Source: SAR202 cluster bacterium
Lineage (GTDB): Bacteria; Chloroflexota; Dehalococcoidia; Lucifugimonadales; UBA2962
Assembly (NCBI GenBank): GCA_009392275.1
Contig: VFGV01000004.1
Coordinates: forward strand, 290-64,289
DNA length: 64,000 nucleotides
Direction of reading: 5' to 3'
The notes beneath the pieces are model-generated. The model searched no databases, was not told the DNA's origin, and saw only the letters and a list, made by a program, of their open reading frames with translations. Positions 8,948 to 18,895 of this stretch are shown in pieces. Numbering within the stretch: position 1 is the stretch's first letter; every line of letters starts with the position of its first letter. The position numbers and the translations under genes are program-made.

Positions 8948-9801
8948 TAAGCATCCTTATGATCAGGTTCAATCAATTCTAATTTCACTACTGGATTTGA
9001 ATTAGGTTGAGGCCAACAAGAATAGATATTCCCAACAGAATCACCCCAAATTCCGTGGCCACGGTGCAGACCTCGTGCAATTAACTTACCATCGCCATCT
9101 AATACTGATATTCTGGGAACTTGATCTGTAACAAATATCCTATCCTTTTTATCAATATATATATCCATTGGCTTGTACTGGTCTTGCCAGATATCAATAA
9201 GAACGCCTTCTGGATTAAAAATCTGAATCCTATAATTTTCACGATCACATACGAATAATCTGCCTTTACTATCAAATGCCAAGGCATGAGGAACTGTAAA
9301 TTCTCCTGGCCCATCACCAGGTTTGCCCCAACTTTTAATTAATTTACCTTCAGAAGAAAAATGATGTATGGTTGAATTACCATAACCATCAGATATGTAT
9401 ATATCCCCATTTCTATGAACAGCAACATCAGACGGATGAGAAAATGGTTCTTGTAATTTAGGCATTTCATAATTTCCTAATTTCATGGTGATTTCACCCA
9501 ATGTATTGAACCTAAGCGCTACATGACCATCTTTATCAGTTACCCAAATATCATCTGTATTTGAGATAGACATTCCATGACCTTCTATTATTTTTCCGTC
9601 ACCGAAAGAGGTCAAAAACTTGCCTTTACGATCAAACACTATTATCGGTGGATCAGACCTTTGTAAAATATAAACTCTATCTTTTGAATCAACACAACAT
9701 GCGCTCACTCCTCCATAAGACATGCCATCTGGTAAAAGACCAAACGGCTTTACAACTGAAAAAGCCAGTATGCCCAAGTTGCCAACTACCCTTTCTCTCA
9801 T
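8947..9801 (-). CDS. NHL-repeat six-bladed beta-propeller, peptidyl-alpha-hydroxyglycine alpha-amidating lyase (PAL)-like
   Basis: 284 aa. ISDGYGNSTIHHFSSEGKLIKSWGKPGDGPGEFTVPHALAF...VCDRENYRIQIF closely parallels the PAL stretch DGYCNSRIVQF...FSVPHSLAL...ADRENGRIQCF as I recall it. Confidence 0.75.
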   Translation of the reverse strand: MRERVVGNLGILAFSVVKPFGLLPDGMSYGGVSACCVDSKDRVYILQRSDPPIIVFDRKGKFLTSFGDGKIIEGHGMSISNTDDIWVTDKDGHVALRFNTLGEITMKLGNYEMPKLQEPFSHPSDVAVHRNGDIYISDGYGNSTIHHFSSEGKLIKSWGKPGDGPGEFTVPHALAFDSKGRLFVCDRENYRIQIFNPEGVLIDIWQDQYKPMDIYIDKKDRIFVTDQVPRISVLDGDGKLIARGLHRGHGIWGDSVGNIYSCWPQPNSNPVVKLELIEPDHKDA

Positions 9802-9807
9802 ATTTTG

Positions 9808-10635
9808 TTAATCCTCAATAGATTTATTGATCATTGCAGCCAGATATCCTGCACCAAATCCGTTATCAATATTCACAACCGATACTCCTGGGGCACATGA
9901 ATTTAACATGGTCAATAGAGGGCCTATCCCTTCAAAACTTGCTCCATAGCCAATACTGGTGGGCACGGCTATAACCGGTGCCTTAACAAGCCCAGCTAAC
10001 ACCGCCGGCAAAACACCATCCATACCAGCGACCGCAACAATGACATTATGCTTTTTTATCTCTTCCAAATTATCAAGCAATCTATGAAGACCCGCCACTC
10101 CGACATCGATTAACATCTTGACTTGGCAGTCCATTAGTTCGGCAATTATCTGTGCTTCTGATGCAACCTCTAAATCAGATGTGCCTGCACTAACTACTAA
10201 AACTCCCTTTTGTTTTGAAACAGGGCCTCTTGTGTCAATCGTTATAGCTTTGGCATCAGAATGATACTTTGCTTCTGGAGAAAGATTTTTTATTTGCGAA
10301 TATATTTCAGTAGATACACGTGTAATCATTAACCGTCCACTAAATTTGAGTATCTCTCTTGAAATTTTCACAACCTGGTCCGTTGTTTTACCTTGACCAA
10401 AAATTACCTCAGGAAAACCTGTGCGTAATTCCCTATGATGGTCCGCTTTAACAAACCCAAGGTCCTGATAGGGCATATACGCCAATTTTGTTATGACTTG
10501 ATCTGACGTTAGTTTGCCCTCGCCATATTTTTCTAAAAGCTTCTTGATAGATTCTTCGTTAATTTTCGTGCTCTCTTGCTTTTTTGGATGAAATTCTATT
10601 TTAGCGAATTTGAAGTGACTATATATATTCAACAA
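9808..10635 (-). CDS. larB: nickel-pincer cofactor biosynthesis protein LarB (pyridinium-3,5-biscarboxylic acid mononucleotide synthase)
   Basis: 275 aa. DLGFVKADHHRELRTGFPEVIFGQGKT followed by a PurE-like domain (VVSAGTSDL...VAGMDGVLP). TTG start. Confidence 0.85.
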   Translation of the reverse strand: MLNIYSHFKFAKIEFHPKKQESTKINEESIKKLLEKYGEGKLTSDQVITKLAYMPYQDLGFVKADHHRELRTGFPEVIFGQGKTTDQVVKISREILKFSGRLMITRVSTEIYSQIKNLSPEAKYHSDAKAITIDTRGPVSKQKGVLVVSAGTSDLEVASEAQIIAELMDCQVKMLIDVGVAGLHRLLDNLEEIKKHNVIVAVAGMDGVLPAVLAGLVKAPVIAVPTSIGYGASFEGIGPLLTMLNSCAPGVSVVNIDNGFGAGYLAAMINKSIED

Positions 10636-10705
10636 AATTGCAGAAACAAAATTTTAAATGCTAATATTTTGTAAATCTATTAATTTTAATAATAAGGATT
10701 GAATC

Positions 10706-12955
10706 ATGAAAGTCGTTGGATACGCAAACAAACTAAGCTTACACCCCGGTGAAAATATAGACTTTATGGTCAGCTGTCAAAACGAAACTTATCATGCGGA
10801 TATAGTTCGACTGATTCATGGAGATACTAGTCAAGATGGACCGGGCTTTAAAGAAGAGTATGTTAAAACAAATATAGACGGTGAGTACAAAGGACAGGTT
10901 CAGGAAATAAGAAATGGATCTTATGTGGCTGTACCCGACACAGAAGATCTAAAAATTACTGGAAGCCTAACGTTACAAGCTTGGATTTACCCGACGACGA
11001 CGACACTTAGAGAGCAAACTATACTCGGTAAATGGTCTGGATCTGACTCTACTGGGTACCGCATGTTGATCTCCGAAAACGGATGTTTGGGTTTAGCTTT
11101 TGCAAACTCAAAAACTTCTTTAAAGATATCATCAGATGTACCAATGAGAGACGGCGTCTGGTATTTTGCTGCAGTTACATATGATGCCGACAAAAAACAA
11201 GTTGCAATCTATCAAATCCCCCTCACAATTTGGCCGAATGAACCTTCGCTTGCCCAAACAAAAACTAATGTTGAATCTATAAAAATAGCTAAAACTGACG
11301 TGCCTTTCATGATGGCTGCTCACTCTTACACAAATAAAAGTTCCGAATTTTTGATTGACGCTAAATACAATGGCAAAATAGACAGTCCGAAAATTTACAG
11401 CTGCGCTTTAACTGAAGATGAGGTTTATAGATTAAAAAATGAAGCTCCAGCGAATGAAGTTGGTGATGGGAATTTAGTTTCTGCATGGACATTTACAACG
11501 AATTTTTCAAGCTCAGAAGTAGACGACATATCAGGCCACGATCATAATGGACTGGTAATTAATAGGCCCTATAGAGCGATGACTGGACATCTTTGGAGAG
11601 GTCAAGAGCAGAATTATAAAATCGCACCTGAATTATATGGCGCTATCTATTTCCATGATGACCATTTAGACGACGCTGGGTGGGAAGTTGGATTTAAACT
11701 AAAAGTGCCATCAAATTTGCGTAGTGGAGTATATGCTGCGCGACTCAAATCAAACGATGCAGAAGATTATATTCCTTTCTTTGTACGTCCACCAAAGCAA
11801 ACATCTACGGCACCCATTTTGTTTTTGGTGCCCACAAACAGTTACCTAGCATATGCTAATTTTCATTGGAATAATCCAGGGGTAGATTTAACAGAGTTAT
11901 TTGGAGACGATACAGAAAGAAAATGGGATCATCCTGCAACAGATCCAGACAAGTACATGGTGAATAATAAACTACGTAGTCTATATGACCGCCACACAGA
12001 TGGTAGTGGAGTTGCTCACTCATCCATGCTGAGACCTATTCTGAATATGAGACCCAAATATATTTCCCCACTTTTAAATAACATGAAAGGGGCTCCCCAC
12101 CAATTCAATGCTGACCTACACTTAACTGATTGGCTTGAACAAATGGGGCACGAATTTGATGTAGCTACAGACGAAGACTTACACCTAGAAGGATCTGATT
12201 TATTGAAAAGATATCAAGTAGTACTGAGTGGTTCTCACCCAGAATACTGGACTGGAGAAATGCTAGATTACCTAGAAGAGTATCTTGTAGATGGGGGTAG
12301 GCATATGTACTTGGGAGGTAATGGATATTATTGGGTAACATCTTATGGGACTGATTCCACTCATTCAATAGAAGTGAGAAGGCATCGAGGTACGGAGGCT
12401 TGGGAAGCTGCACCGGGAGAATATTACCATCAAAGTACAGGAGAATTGGGAGGTCTATGGAGATTTAGAGGACGACCGCCTCAACAGCTAGTAGGGGTAG
12501 GGTTTACATCTCAAGGGTTTGATGTCTCTAACCCATATCGCAAATCAGAAGAAAGTAAAGATCCAAGAGTTGCATTCATAATGGAAGGAGTTGATGAAGG
12601 AGAAGAGTTCGGAGACTATGGATTGGTACAAGGAGGTGCGGGCGGTTTTGAAATAGATAGAGCAGACATCGAACTCGGCACACCTCCACACGCCCTTGTT
12701 TTAGCTACCACAGATGGCTTCTCAGATGTATACCAACATGTAATTGAAGAAGTATTGCTAAATGATGGATTACAAGGCGGTACCGTAAACCCATTGGTAA
12801 GAGGTGATATGGTGTATTACGAAGGACCAAATAATGGCGCGGTGTTTTCAACTGGCTCGATATCTTGGTGCGGGTCTTTATCTCATAATAATTATAATAA
12901 TGATGTATCGAAAATAACAGATAATGTTCTTAAGCGGTTTGTTTCAGAGGAATGA
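10706..12955 (+). CDS. N,N-dimethylformamidase large (beta) subunit-like protein with LamG/concanavalin-like insert
   Basis: 749 aa. Length and overall pattern match the family (N-terminal LamG-type segment LTLQAWIYP...WYFAAVTYD, C-terminal amidase-like domain). No small-subunit gene is adjacent. Confidence 0.7.
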   Translation: MKVVGYANKLSLHPGENIDFMVSCQNETYHADIVRLIHGDTSQDGPGFKEEYVKTNIDGEYKGQVQEIRNGSYVAVPDTEDLKITGSLTLQAWIYPTTTTLREQTILGKWSGSDSTGYRMLISENGCLGLAFANSKTSLKISSDVPMRDGVWYFAAVTYDADKKQVAIYQIPLTIWPNEPSLAQTKTNVESIKIAKTDVPFMMAAHSYTNKSSEFLIDAKYNGKIDSPKIYSCALTEDEVYRLKNEAPANEVGDGNLVSAWTFTTNFSSSEVDDISGHDHNGLVINRPYRAMTGHLWRGQEQNYKIAPELYGAIYFHDDHLDDAGWEVGFKLKVPSNLRSGVYAARLKSNDAEDYIPFFVRPPKQTSTAPILFLVPTNSYLAYANFHWNNPGVDLTELFGDDTERKWDHPATDPDKYMVNNKLRSLYDRHTDGSGVAHSSMLRPILNMRPKYISPLLNNMKGAPHQFNADLHLTDWLEQMGHEFDVATDEDLHLEGSDLLKRYQVVLSGSHPEYWTGEMLDYLEEYLVDGGRHMYLGGNGYYWVTSYGTDSTHSIEVRRHRGTEAWEAAPGEYYHQSTGELGGLWRFRGRPPQQLVGVGFTSQGFDVSNPYRKSEESKDPRVAFIMEGVDEGEEFGDYGLVQGGAGGFEIDRADIELGTPPHALVLATTDGFSDVYQHVIEEVLLNDGLQGGTVNPLVRGDMVYYEGPNNGAVFSTGSISWCGSLSHNNYNNDVSKITDNVLKRFVSEE

Positions 12956-12992
12956 GTCAGAAATTTACGATTAAAGATACTAAAATTAACTA

Positions 12993-13808
12993 ATGCGAGC
13001 TATTGATTCCACAGATTTAAAGAATAAATTGATTGCTTTAAAGGACAGAGTTTCTTCGAGTGATTCGTTGATCGTCGCATACTCAGGTGGCGTTGATAGT
13101 GCTCTTTTAGCTTCCGTGGCGCATCAAGTATTAGGAGATAAATCATTAGCGGTAATCGCAAAATCCCCGAGCATTACTGATATTGAGATCAATAAAGCTA
13201 TTTCTTTGTCTAAAACCGTTGGCTTCTCGTGTCATATTATAAAAACTGACGAAATAGAAAGACCAGAGTATAAGGCGAATCAGCCGAATAGATGTTATTT
13301 CTGCAAAGATACTCTTTACCAAGAACTTTCAAAGTTGGCATCTAAATTAAATTATAAGACGGTTGCTAATGGAACAAACCATGATGATTTAGGTGATTAT
13401 CGACCAGGCATAAAAGCTGCTAGCGATCATGGTGTAATAAGCCCATTAGCAGAGGTAGGACTAACGAAAACAGATATTAGAGCTCTTTCACGGGATATGA
13501 ACCTGCCAACCTGGGACAAACCGGCTCAAGCGTGCCTTGCATCAAGAGTGCCTTACGGAACACAAATTTCAAGTAAACTATTAAACCGAATTGGAGCGGC
13601 TGAGCAAGTACTGAGAGACCTAGGGTTTGATCAACTTAGGGTTCGGGATCATAACACCGTAGCTAGAATAGAACTGCCTATTAGCGAATTCGATAAATTA
13701 TTAACGCCATCAATTAAACAAGAAATTACAAAACGATTGAAATCACTAGGATATAAATACATAACTATTGATATAGAAGGCTTTCGATCTGGCTCTATGA
13801 ATGAGTGA
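12993..13808 (+). CDS. larE: ATP-dependent sacrificial sulfur transferase LarE
   Basis: 271 aa. PP-loop YSGGVDSALLA and the CLASRVPYG motif containing the LarE sulfur-donor cysteine. Confidence 0.85.
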   Translation: MRAIDSTDLKNKLIALKDRVSSSDSLIVAYSGGVDSALLASVAHQVLGDKSLAVIAKSPSITDIEINKAISLSKTVGFSCHIIKTDEIERPEYKANQPNRCYFCKDTLYQELSKLASKLNYKTVANGTNHDDLGDYRPGIKAASDHGVISPLAEVGLTKTDIRALSRDMNLPTWDKPAQACLASRVPYGTQISSKLLNRIGAAEQVLRDLGFDQLRVRDHNTVARIELPISEFDKLLTPSIKQEITKRLKSLGYKYITIDIEGFRSGSMNE

Positions 13809-13982
13809 TTAAGCAGCTGATTTTACTGCCGCAATAGTTGGGGCATGTACTATTGAACCACCCAAACTTGTTGATCTATTTTGCAGGGACATAATTGTTG
13901 ATTCATGCCCTTGCTTTTAGGATTACTCTGATTATACTTTAGCAATAAGTTTCAGCACTCGTTTTTAAAAAAGGATTTATCA

Positions 13983-14648
13983 TTGGATAAGGAACACTTT
14001 GAGTCCATAGGTTTAATTGATGGCTTGCATTCTACTCCGTCCAGAAGATACCTATCTAACAAACCAATATCGGACGCAATTATATGGGACATTATTGATG
14101 CTGCCATACGAGGTCCTTCAGGTGGGAACAAACAAGGTTGGGTATGGATGGTGATTAGAGATAAAAACACTAAAACAAAAATTGCTCATTGGTATCTTGA
14201 AAACTGGAATAAGGAATATGGGGTTAGGCGAGAAGAAATATTATCTGGCACCGACGATGATGCCCTAGGGCCAAAAAACTTCCTGAGCGCAGATCATCTG
14301 GCAAATCATATACATGATGCACCAGTCTGGATTATTCCTATTCTAAGGGATGTTGCTGGTTCTCAAGATCCAAGAACCGGATCATCTATTTATGGAGCAG
14401 TTCAAAACTTAATGTTAGCAGCAAGAGCATATGGAATAGGCTCAACACTAACAGCGCTTCATTCTACATATGAAACTCAAATTAAAAGCCTCCTTAATCT
14501 TCCGGATGACACCTTAACAATGGCAATAATCCCTCTTGGGTACCCAGTTAAAGGTAGATGGTCTCAGCCGAAAAGGAAGCCGGTAGAAGAAGTTACTTAT
14601 TGGGAATCTTGGAACGTAAAAAGAGATAGAGCCACGCACAAGTTATGA
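13983..14648 (+). CDS. nitroreductase family protein
   Basis: 221 aa. PSRRYLSNKPI...AAIRGPSGGNKQGW and a C-terminal GYP motif typical of the NADH oxidase/flavin reductase fold. TTG start. Confidence 0.8.
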   Translation: MDKEHFESIGLIDGLHSTPSRRYLSNKPISDAIIWDIIDAAIRGPSGGNKQGWVWMVIRDKNTKTKIAHWYLENWNKEYGVRREEILSGTDDDALGPKNFLSADHLANHIHDAPVWIIPILRDVAGSQDPRTGSSIYGAVQNLMLAARAYGIGSTLTALHSTYETQIKSLLNLPDDTLTMAIIPLGYPVKGRWSQPKRKPVEEVTYWESWNVKRDRATHKL

Positions 14649-14700
14649 ACTCTTCATTTGTGATGCCAAAGAAATACAGCAACTTAAAGGCTCTTATTAA

Positions 14701-15456
14701 TTGGGGATGAGACTTGCTAATAAAATCGCAATAATAACGGGCGGAACAGGTAATTTAGGTTCTGCTCAAGTTCAAACATTTGCTTCCGAAGGAGCGGCAG
14801 TAGTAATTGCTGATATTGATTCAGTAAAAGGTAAACAAATTGAACGAGACACCCAAAAAAAGTTTGGAAACTCAATGTTCATCTATCTTGATGTCACAAA
14901 CGAATCAAGTTGGATAGAGCTAGTAAATAAAACCGTTAAGATCTTTGGTCTACCAACAATATTGGTACAGAATGCTGGCATATATAGATCAGGAAAAATC
15001 TTGGAAACAGATGTTGAACAATGGGACTCAATAATGGATGTGAACGCAAAAGGGGTATTTCTAGGCACAAAAATCGTGCTACCTAAGATGATTTCTGCAG
15101 GAGGCGGATCTATAGTAAATATCTCGTCAACTGCCGGGATAATCGGAAGCAAAATTTCCACAGCTTATAATCCATCAAAAGCAGCTGTAAGAGTCTTCAC
15201 TAAATCTACTGCTTTACAGCATGCAAAAGATAATATAAGAGCAAATTCTATCCATCCAGGTCCTGTAGAATCCGATATGTTAAATAAAGTGTATCCGAAA
15301 ATGAATCTACAAAAACAAAGAGGTATGGAAATACCTTTAGGAAGGTTCGCTAGTGCAATTGACGTCTGTAATGCAGCATTATTTTTAGCTTCAAACGAAT
15401 CTTCTTATATGACGGGATCCGAATTAGTAATTGATGGTGGATTAACAGCACAGTAA
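14701..15456 (+). CDS. SDR-family oxidoreductase
   Basis: TGGTGNLG cofactor motif, NAG, and the catalytic YNPSK motif. Confidence 0.9.
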   Translation: MGMRLANKIAIITGGTGNLGSAQVQTFASEGAAVVIADIDSVKGKQIERDTQKKFGNSMFIYLDVTNESSWIELVNKTVKIFGLPTILVQNAGIYRSGKILETDVEQWDSIMDVNAKGVFLGTKIVLPKMISAGGGSIVNISSTAGIIGSKISTAYNPSKAAVRVFTKSTALQHAKDNIRANSIHPGPVESDMLNKVYPKMNLQKQRGMEIPLGRFASAIDVCNAALFLASNESSYMTGSELVIDGGLTAQ

Positions 15457-15519
15457 CCGGATATGATATATAAGTTAAAATTACTATGAAAATTAAGTAA
15501 AACTACTAAGAGGAAAGCT

Positions 15520-16851
15520 ATGTCGAACAAAATGGATCAAGAAATTAGAACGTTTACTGCCAATCATCCGAAATCCAAAACAATGCAGGCAGAAGCGTCT
15601 AAATATATGCCAGGAGGTAGTTCACGGGCCACAGCTTATTTTGATCCCTACCCCTTCTTTGTTGACAAAGCATCTGGACACCATGTTTACGATGTGGACG
15701 GAAACAGTTATCTGGATTTTATGCTTAACGCCACCACTTATATCGTCGGTCACGCAAATCCGACAGTAACCGAAGCTGTAAAAGCCCAAGCAGATATAGG
15801 GTTGAGTTATTCAGCTCCAACCGAAGTACAGATTGAATTAGCAAAAACTATAGTTGATCGTGTTCCATCGGTTGAAAAAGTAAGATTTACTAACTCAGGT
15901 ACAGAAGGAACACTTAACGCCATCAGAATGGCAAGGGCATATACGTCCAAGCCAAAATTTGCTAAGTTCGAAGGCGGCTACCATGGAAATCATGAGTACG
16001 TCTCAGTTAGTGTGTATACTCCAATGAATAAGTTAGACCCTAACAAAACAACTGCTGTCCCAGAGTGGCCTGGACAACCTCAAAGCGTGATTGATGATGT
16101 AATAGTGCTTCCTTACAACGATCTCGACAAATGCACAGAAATTATTACAAAGAATGCAGACGATTTGGCAGCAGTGATAATGGAACCTGTTTCATCCAAT
16201 TTCGGTTATGTGCCTGCAACCCCAGAGTTTCTTCAAGGAATCCGTGACCTTACCACTAAACTTGGAATTGTTCTGATTTTTGATGAAGTACAAAGTTTCC
16301 GCTTATCTAGTGGAGGCGCTCAAGAAATATATGGAATTACCCCTGACGTAACAACTTTTGGGAAAATTATAGGTGGAGGGCTACCAATCGGAGCATGGGG
16401 AGGAAAGGAAGAGCTAATGGCTCTATACGATAATGAAAAAGGACCGGTAATTTCACATGCCGGCACATTTAATGCTAATCCAGCCACAATGATAGCGGGA
16501 TTAGAAACTCTTAAACAATTAACACCTGATGTTTTTAACCGATTAAATACTCTGGGTGATGAAATTAGACAAAAGATAAACGCCGTATTCGGTGAACTCG
16601 ATATCCCTGGCCAGGCAACTGGTATGGGATCATTATTCGCAATTCAATTTTCGGATGAAGACATTACTGACTATAGATCTATGCTACGTGGAGATCAAGA
16701 ACTTAAAAAAGTATTGTACACAGGTTTAATGAATGAAGGAATTCTCATGTTTGCTAAAGTTCAAGGTGCGGTCTGCAGCCTTACCAGTGAAACAGAAATA
16801 GACACCTTAGTCGGATCAGTTAGAAACGTACTTCAGAGAATAAAGGGGTGA
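15520..16851 (+). CDS. class III aminotransferase (glutamate-1-semialdehyde aminomutase-like paralog)
   Basis: 443 aa. FDEVQSFR and TFGKIIGGGLPIGA (PLP lysine) are as in HemL-type enzymes. The catabolic context argues for a transaminase role. Confidence 0.85.
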   Translation: MSNKMDQEIRTFTANHPKSKTMQAEASKYMPGGSSRATAYFDPYPFFVDKASGHHVYDVDGNSYLDFMLNATTYIVGHANPTVTEAVKAQADIGLSYSAPTEVQIELAKTIVDRVPSVEKVRFTNSGTEGTLNAIRMARAYTSKPKFAKFEGGYHGNHEYVSVSVYTPMNKLDPNKTTAVPEWPGQPQSVIDDVIVLPYNDLDKCTEIITKNADDLAAVIMEPVSSNFGYVPATPEFLQGIRDLTTKLGIVLIFDEVQSFRLSSGGAQEIYGITPDVTTFGKIIGGGLPIGAWGGKEELMALYDNEKGPVISHAGTFNANPATMIAGLETLKQLTPDVFNRLNTLGDEIRQKINAVFGELDIPGQATGMGSLFAIQFSDEDITDYRSMLRGDQELKKVLYTGLMNEGILMFAKVQGAVCSLTSETEIDTLVGSVRNVLQRIKG

Positions 16852-16854
16852 TTT

Positions 16855-18051
16855 CTATCCAAGGCCACCGCTTCGCTTTAGCTGAGCAATATCCGACTCT
16901 GTAAATCCGATACATTCTAAAACTTCATCATTATGCTGTCCTAAATCTGGAGGTGCCATACGAACTGAAGCCGGGGTACCCCATAGTTTAACTCCAAAAC
17001 CAACATTCTTTATGTCTCCCAGGCTTGGATGCCTGATATCTAAAATCATTTCTCGAGATTGTACATGCTTATCTTCGTAAACTTGCTTCATATCATATAT
17101 TGGACCTGAGGGAACATTAAATTCAATAAATTGATTCCACCAATGTTCCGTATCATGTGCCTTAAGAGTTTTTTCAATTTCCAACTTCAATGCTGATAGA
17201 TTTTCAACTCTTTTTGCATTTGAACTAAACCTAGGATCGTCTTTCATTTCTGCTCTTCCCATCGCATCACATAATCTAATCCATGTACCCTGATTTGCTA
17301 CTCCAATATTAATATACCCATTAGATGTACTATAGGCTTGGTATGGTGCTGCCATACGATGACGGGAACCAACAGGAGTTGGAATTACATCTTCATAAAA
17401 TAAACTAGCGGATTCCCACATTGTGTAAGCAATCCCAGCCTCCAACAAAGATGTATCTAGATACTGGCCTTCGCCAGTCTTTAGTCTATTTATATAGGCT
17501 GACAAAATACCATAAGAAGCAAACATTCCGGCATTTAAATCACTAATGGGCACGCTAAGTTTCACAGGGTCACTATCAGGGTGGCCAGTGAAACTCATGT
17601 GGCCACTCATACCTTGAGCTACAAGATCAAACCCAGACCTTTTGGAATAAGGCCCCGTTGCTCCGAAACCTGAAATCGAACAATATACTATTTCGGGATT
17701 AATCGATCGTATCTCTTCATATGAAAGTCCCAATTTTTCCATCGTACCGGGTCGTAAGTTTTCAACTAATATATCTGACTTTTTTGCTAACTCTTTAAAA
17801 ATATGAATACCATTTTCATTCTTTAAATCAACCGTGATGCTTCGTTTATTACGATTTACCATTAAGAAAGCTGCTGCTGTATCACCCACAAACGGTGGAC
17901 CCATTCGACGAGTATCGTCTCCACCCACTGGTTTCTCAATTTTTATTACATCTGCACCCATATCAGCTAGAAGCATTGTGCAAAATGGACCAGCCAAAAT
18001 TTGGGTACAGTCTAATACTCGAACACCATCCAATGCACGTTTTACATTCAT
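16855..18051 (-). CDS. CaiB/BaiF family III CoA-transferase
   Basis: 398 aa. LDGVRVLDCTQILAGPFCTMLLADMGADVIKIE is the canonical N-terminus. Confidence 0.9.
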   Translation of the reverse strand: MNVKRALDGVRVLDCTQILAGPFCTMLLADMGADVIKIEKPVGGDDTRRMGPPFVGDTAAAFLMVNRNKRSITVDLKNENGIHIFKELAKKSDILVENLRPGTMEKLGLSYEEIRSINPEIVYCSISGFGATGPYSKRSGFDLVAQGMSGHMSFTGHPDSDPVKLSVPISDLNAGMFASYGILSAYINRLKTGEGQYLDTSLLEAGIAYTMWESASLFYEDVIPTPVGSRHRMAAPYQAYSTSNGYINIGVANQGTWIRLCDAMGRAEMKDDPRFSSNAKRVENLSALKLEIEKTLKAHDTEHWWNQFIEFNVPSGPIYDMKQVYEDKHVQSREMILDIRHPSLGDIKNVGFGVKLWGTPASVRMAPPDLGQHNDEVLECIGFTESDIAQLKRSGGLG

Positions 18052-18097
18052 TTAAATCTCTAGCTTAAACTTAAAATTGACTTGATTTAACAATTGA

Positions 18098-18886
18098 CTA
18101 TAACCCCCTAAACTTGGGTTTCCTTTTTTCTAAAAATGCTTTACGTCCCTCTTTAAAATCATAAGAATCGAAATTTGTAAAAGGTAAATATATCTCATCT
18201 TCCGTTAATTCTTTTAAGCCTGGGTTAGATAGTACTGTCTGCATTATTTTTTTATGCTTACTTTGTGATAAAGGAGCGAGCGGCACCATTGAATCAGCAA
18301 GATTAGTCACATATTCATCTAATTTATCGATAGAATGCACCCCATTTATTAATCCTATTCGCAGGGCTTCAGAGGAACTAATCGTTTTCCCACTAAGTAG
18401 TAGATATGATGCATTACCCGAACCAACCAACCTTATTAAACGAGTCATCTCTGAATAACCTATTAGGATTCCTAAATGAGCTACCGGAATTCCAAAAGTA
18501 GCATTTTTCGCTGCAAACCTCATATCTGTAGCCATAGACATCTCACAACCACCGCCAATACAGTATCCCTTGATTGAGCTAATAGTAGGTTTAGATATTG
18601 ACTCTATTGCATTCATTGCTCCTTCAAACGCTTCTGCGTAAATAATCGCTTTTTTTGAATCACTGCGATAATTATCAAAATCTGCTATATCTGCACCAGA
18701 TGAAAATGCTTCTTTTCCTGACCCTTGTACAATAACCACTCGAACATCTTCATCTTGATCCACGACTTTAGCTAGATACTGTAATTCAAGCCATCCGTCG
18801 TAATTAATCGCATTACGCTTTTGAGGCCTGTTAATTGTTATTGTAGCTACACCACTTTGTTTTTTTAATTCTATTTCTTCATTCAT
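18098..18886 (-). CDS. enoyl-CoA hydratase/isomerase family protein
   Basis: 262 aa. ITINRPQKRNA...FSSGADI...GGGCEMSMATD crotonase motifs. Confidence 0.9.
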   Translation of the reverse strand: MNEEIELKKQSGVATITINRPQKRNAINYDGWLELQYLAKVVDQDEDVRVVIVQGSGKEAFSSGADIADFDNYRSDSKKAIIYAEAFEGAMNAIESISKPTISSIKGYCIGGGCEMSMATDMRFAAKNATFGIPVAHLGILIGYSEMTRLIRLVGSGNASYLLLSGKTISSSEALRIGLINGVHSIDKLDEYVTNLADSMVPLAPLSQSKHKKIMQTVLSNPGLKELTEDEIYLPFTNFDSYDFKEGRKAFLEKRKPKFRGL

Positions 18887-18895
18887 GGTTTCCGT

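Noticed and set aside
13809-13892. A 27-aa minus-strand ORF (MSLQNRSTSLGGSIVHAPTIAAVKSAA) downstream of larE, considered as a possible small peptide or RiPP precursor.
   Set aside because: There is no SD and no neighbouring maturation enzymes. The same region also folds as a weak bulged hairpin plus T-run (13883-13918) that could be the larE terminator. There is not enough evidence for either call.
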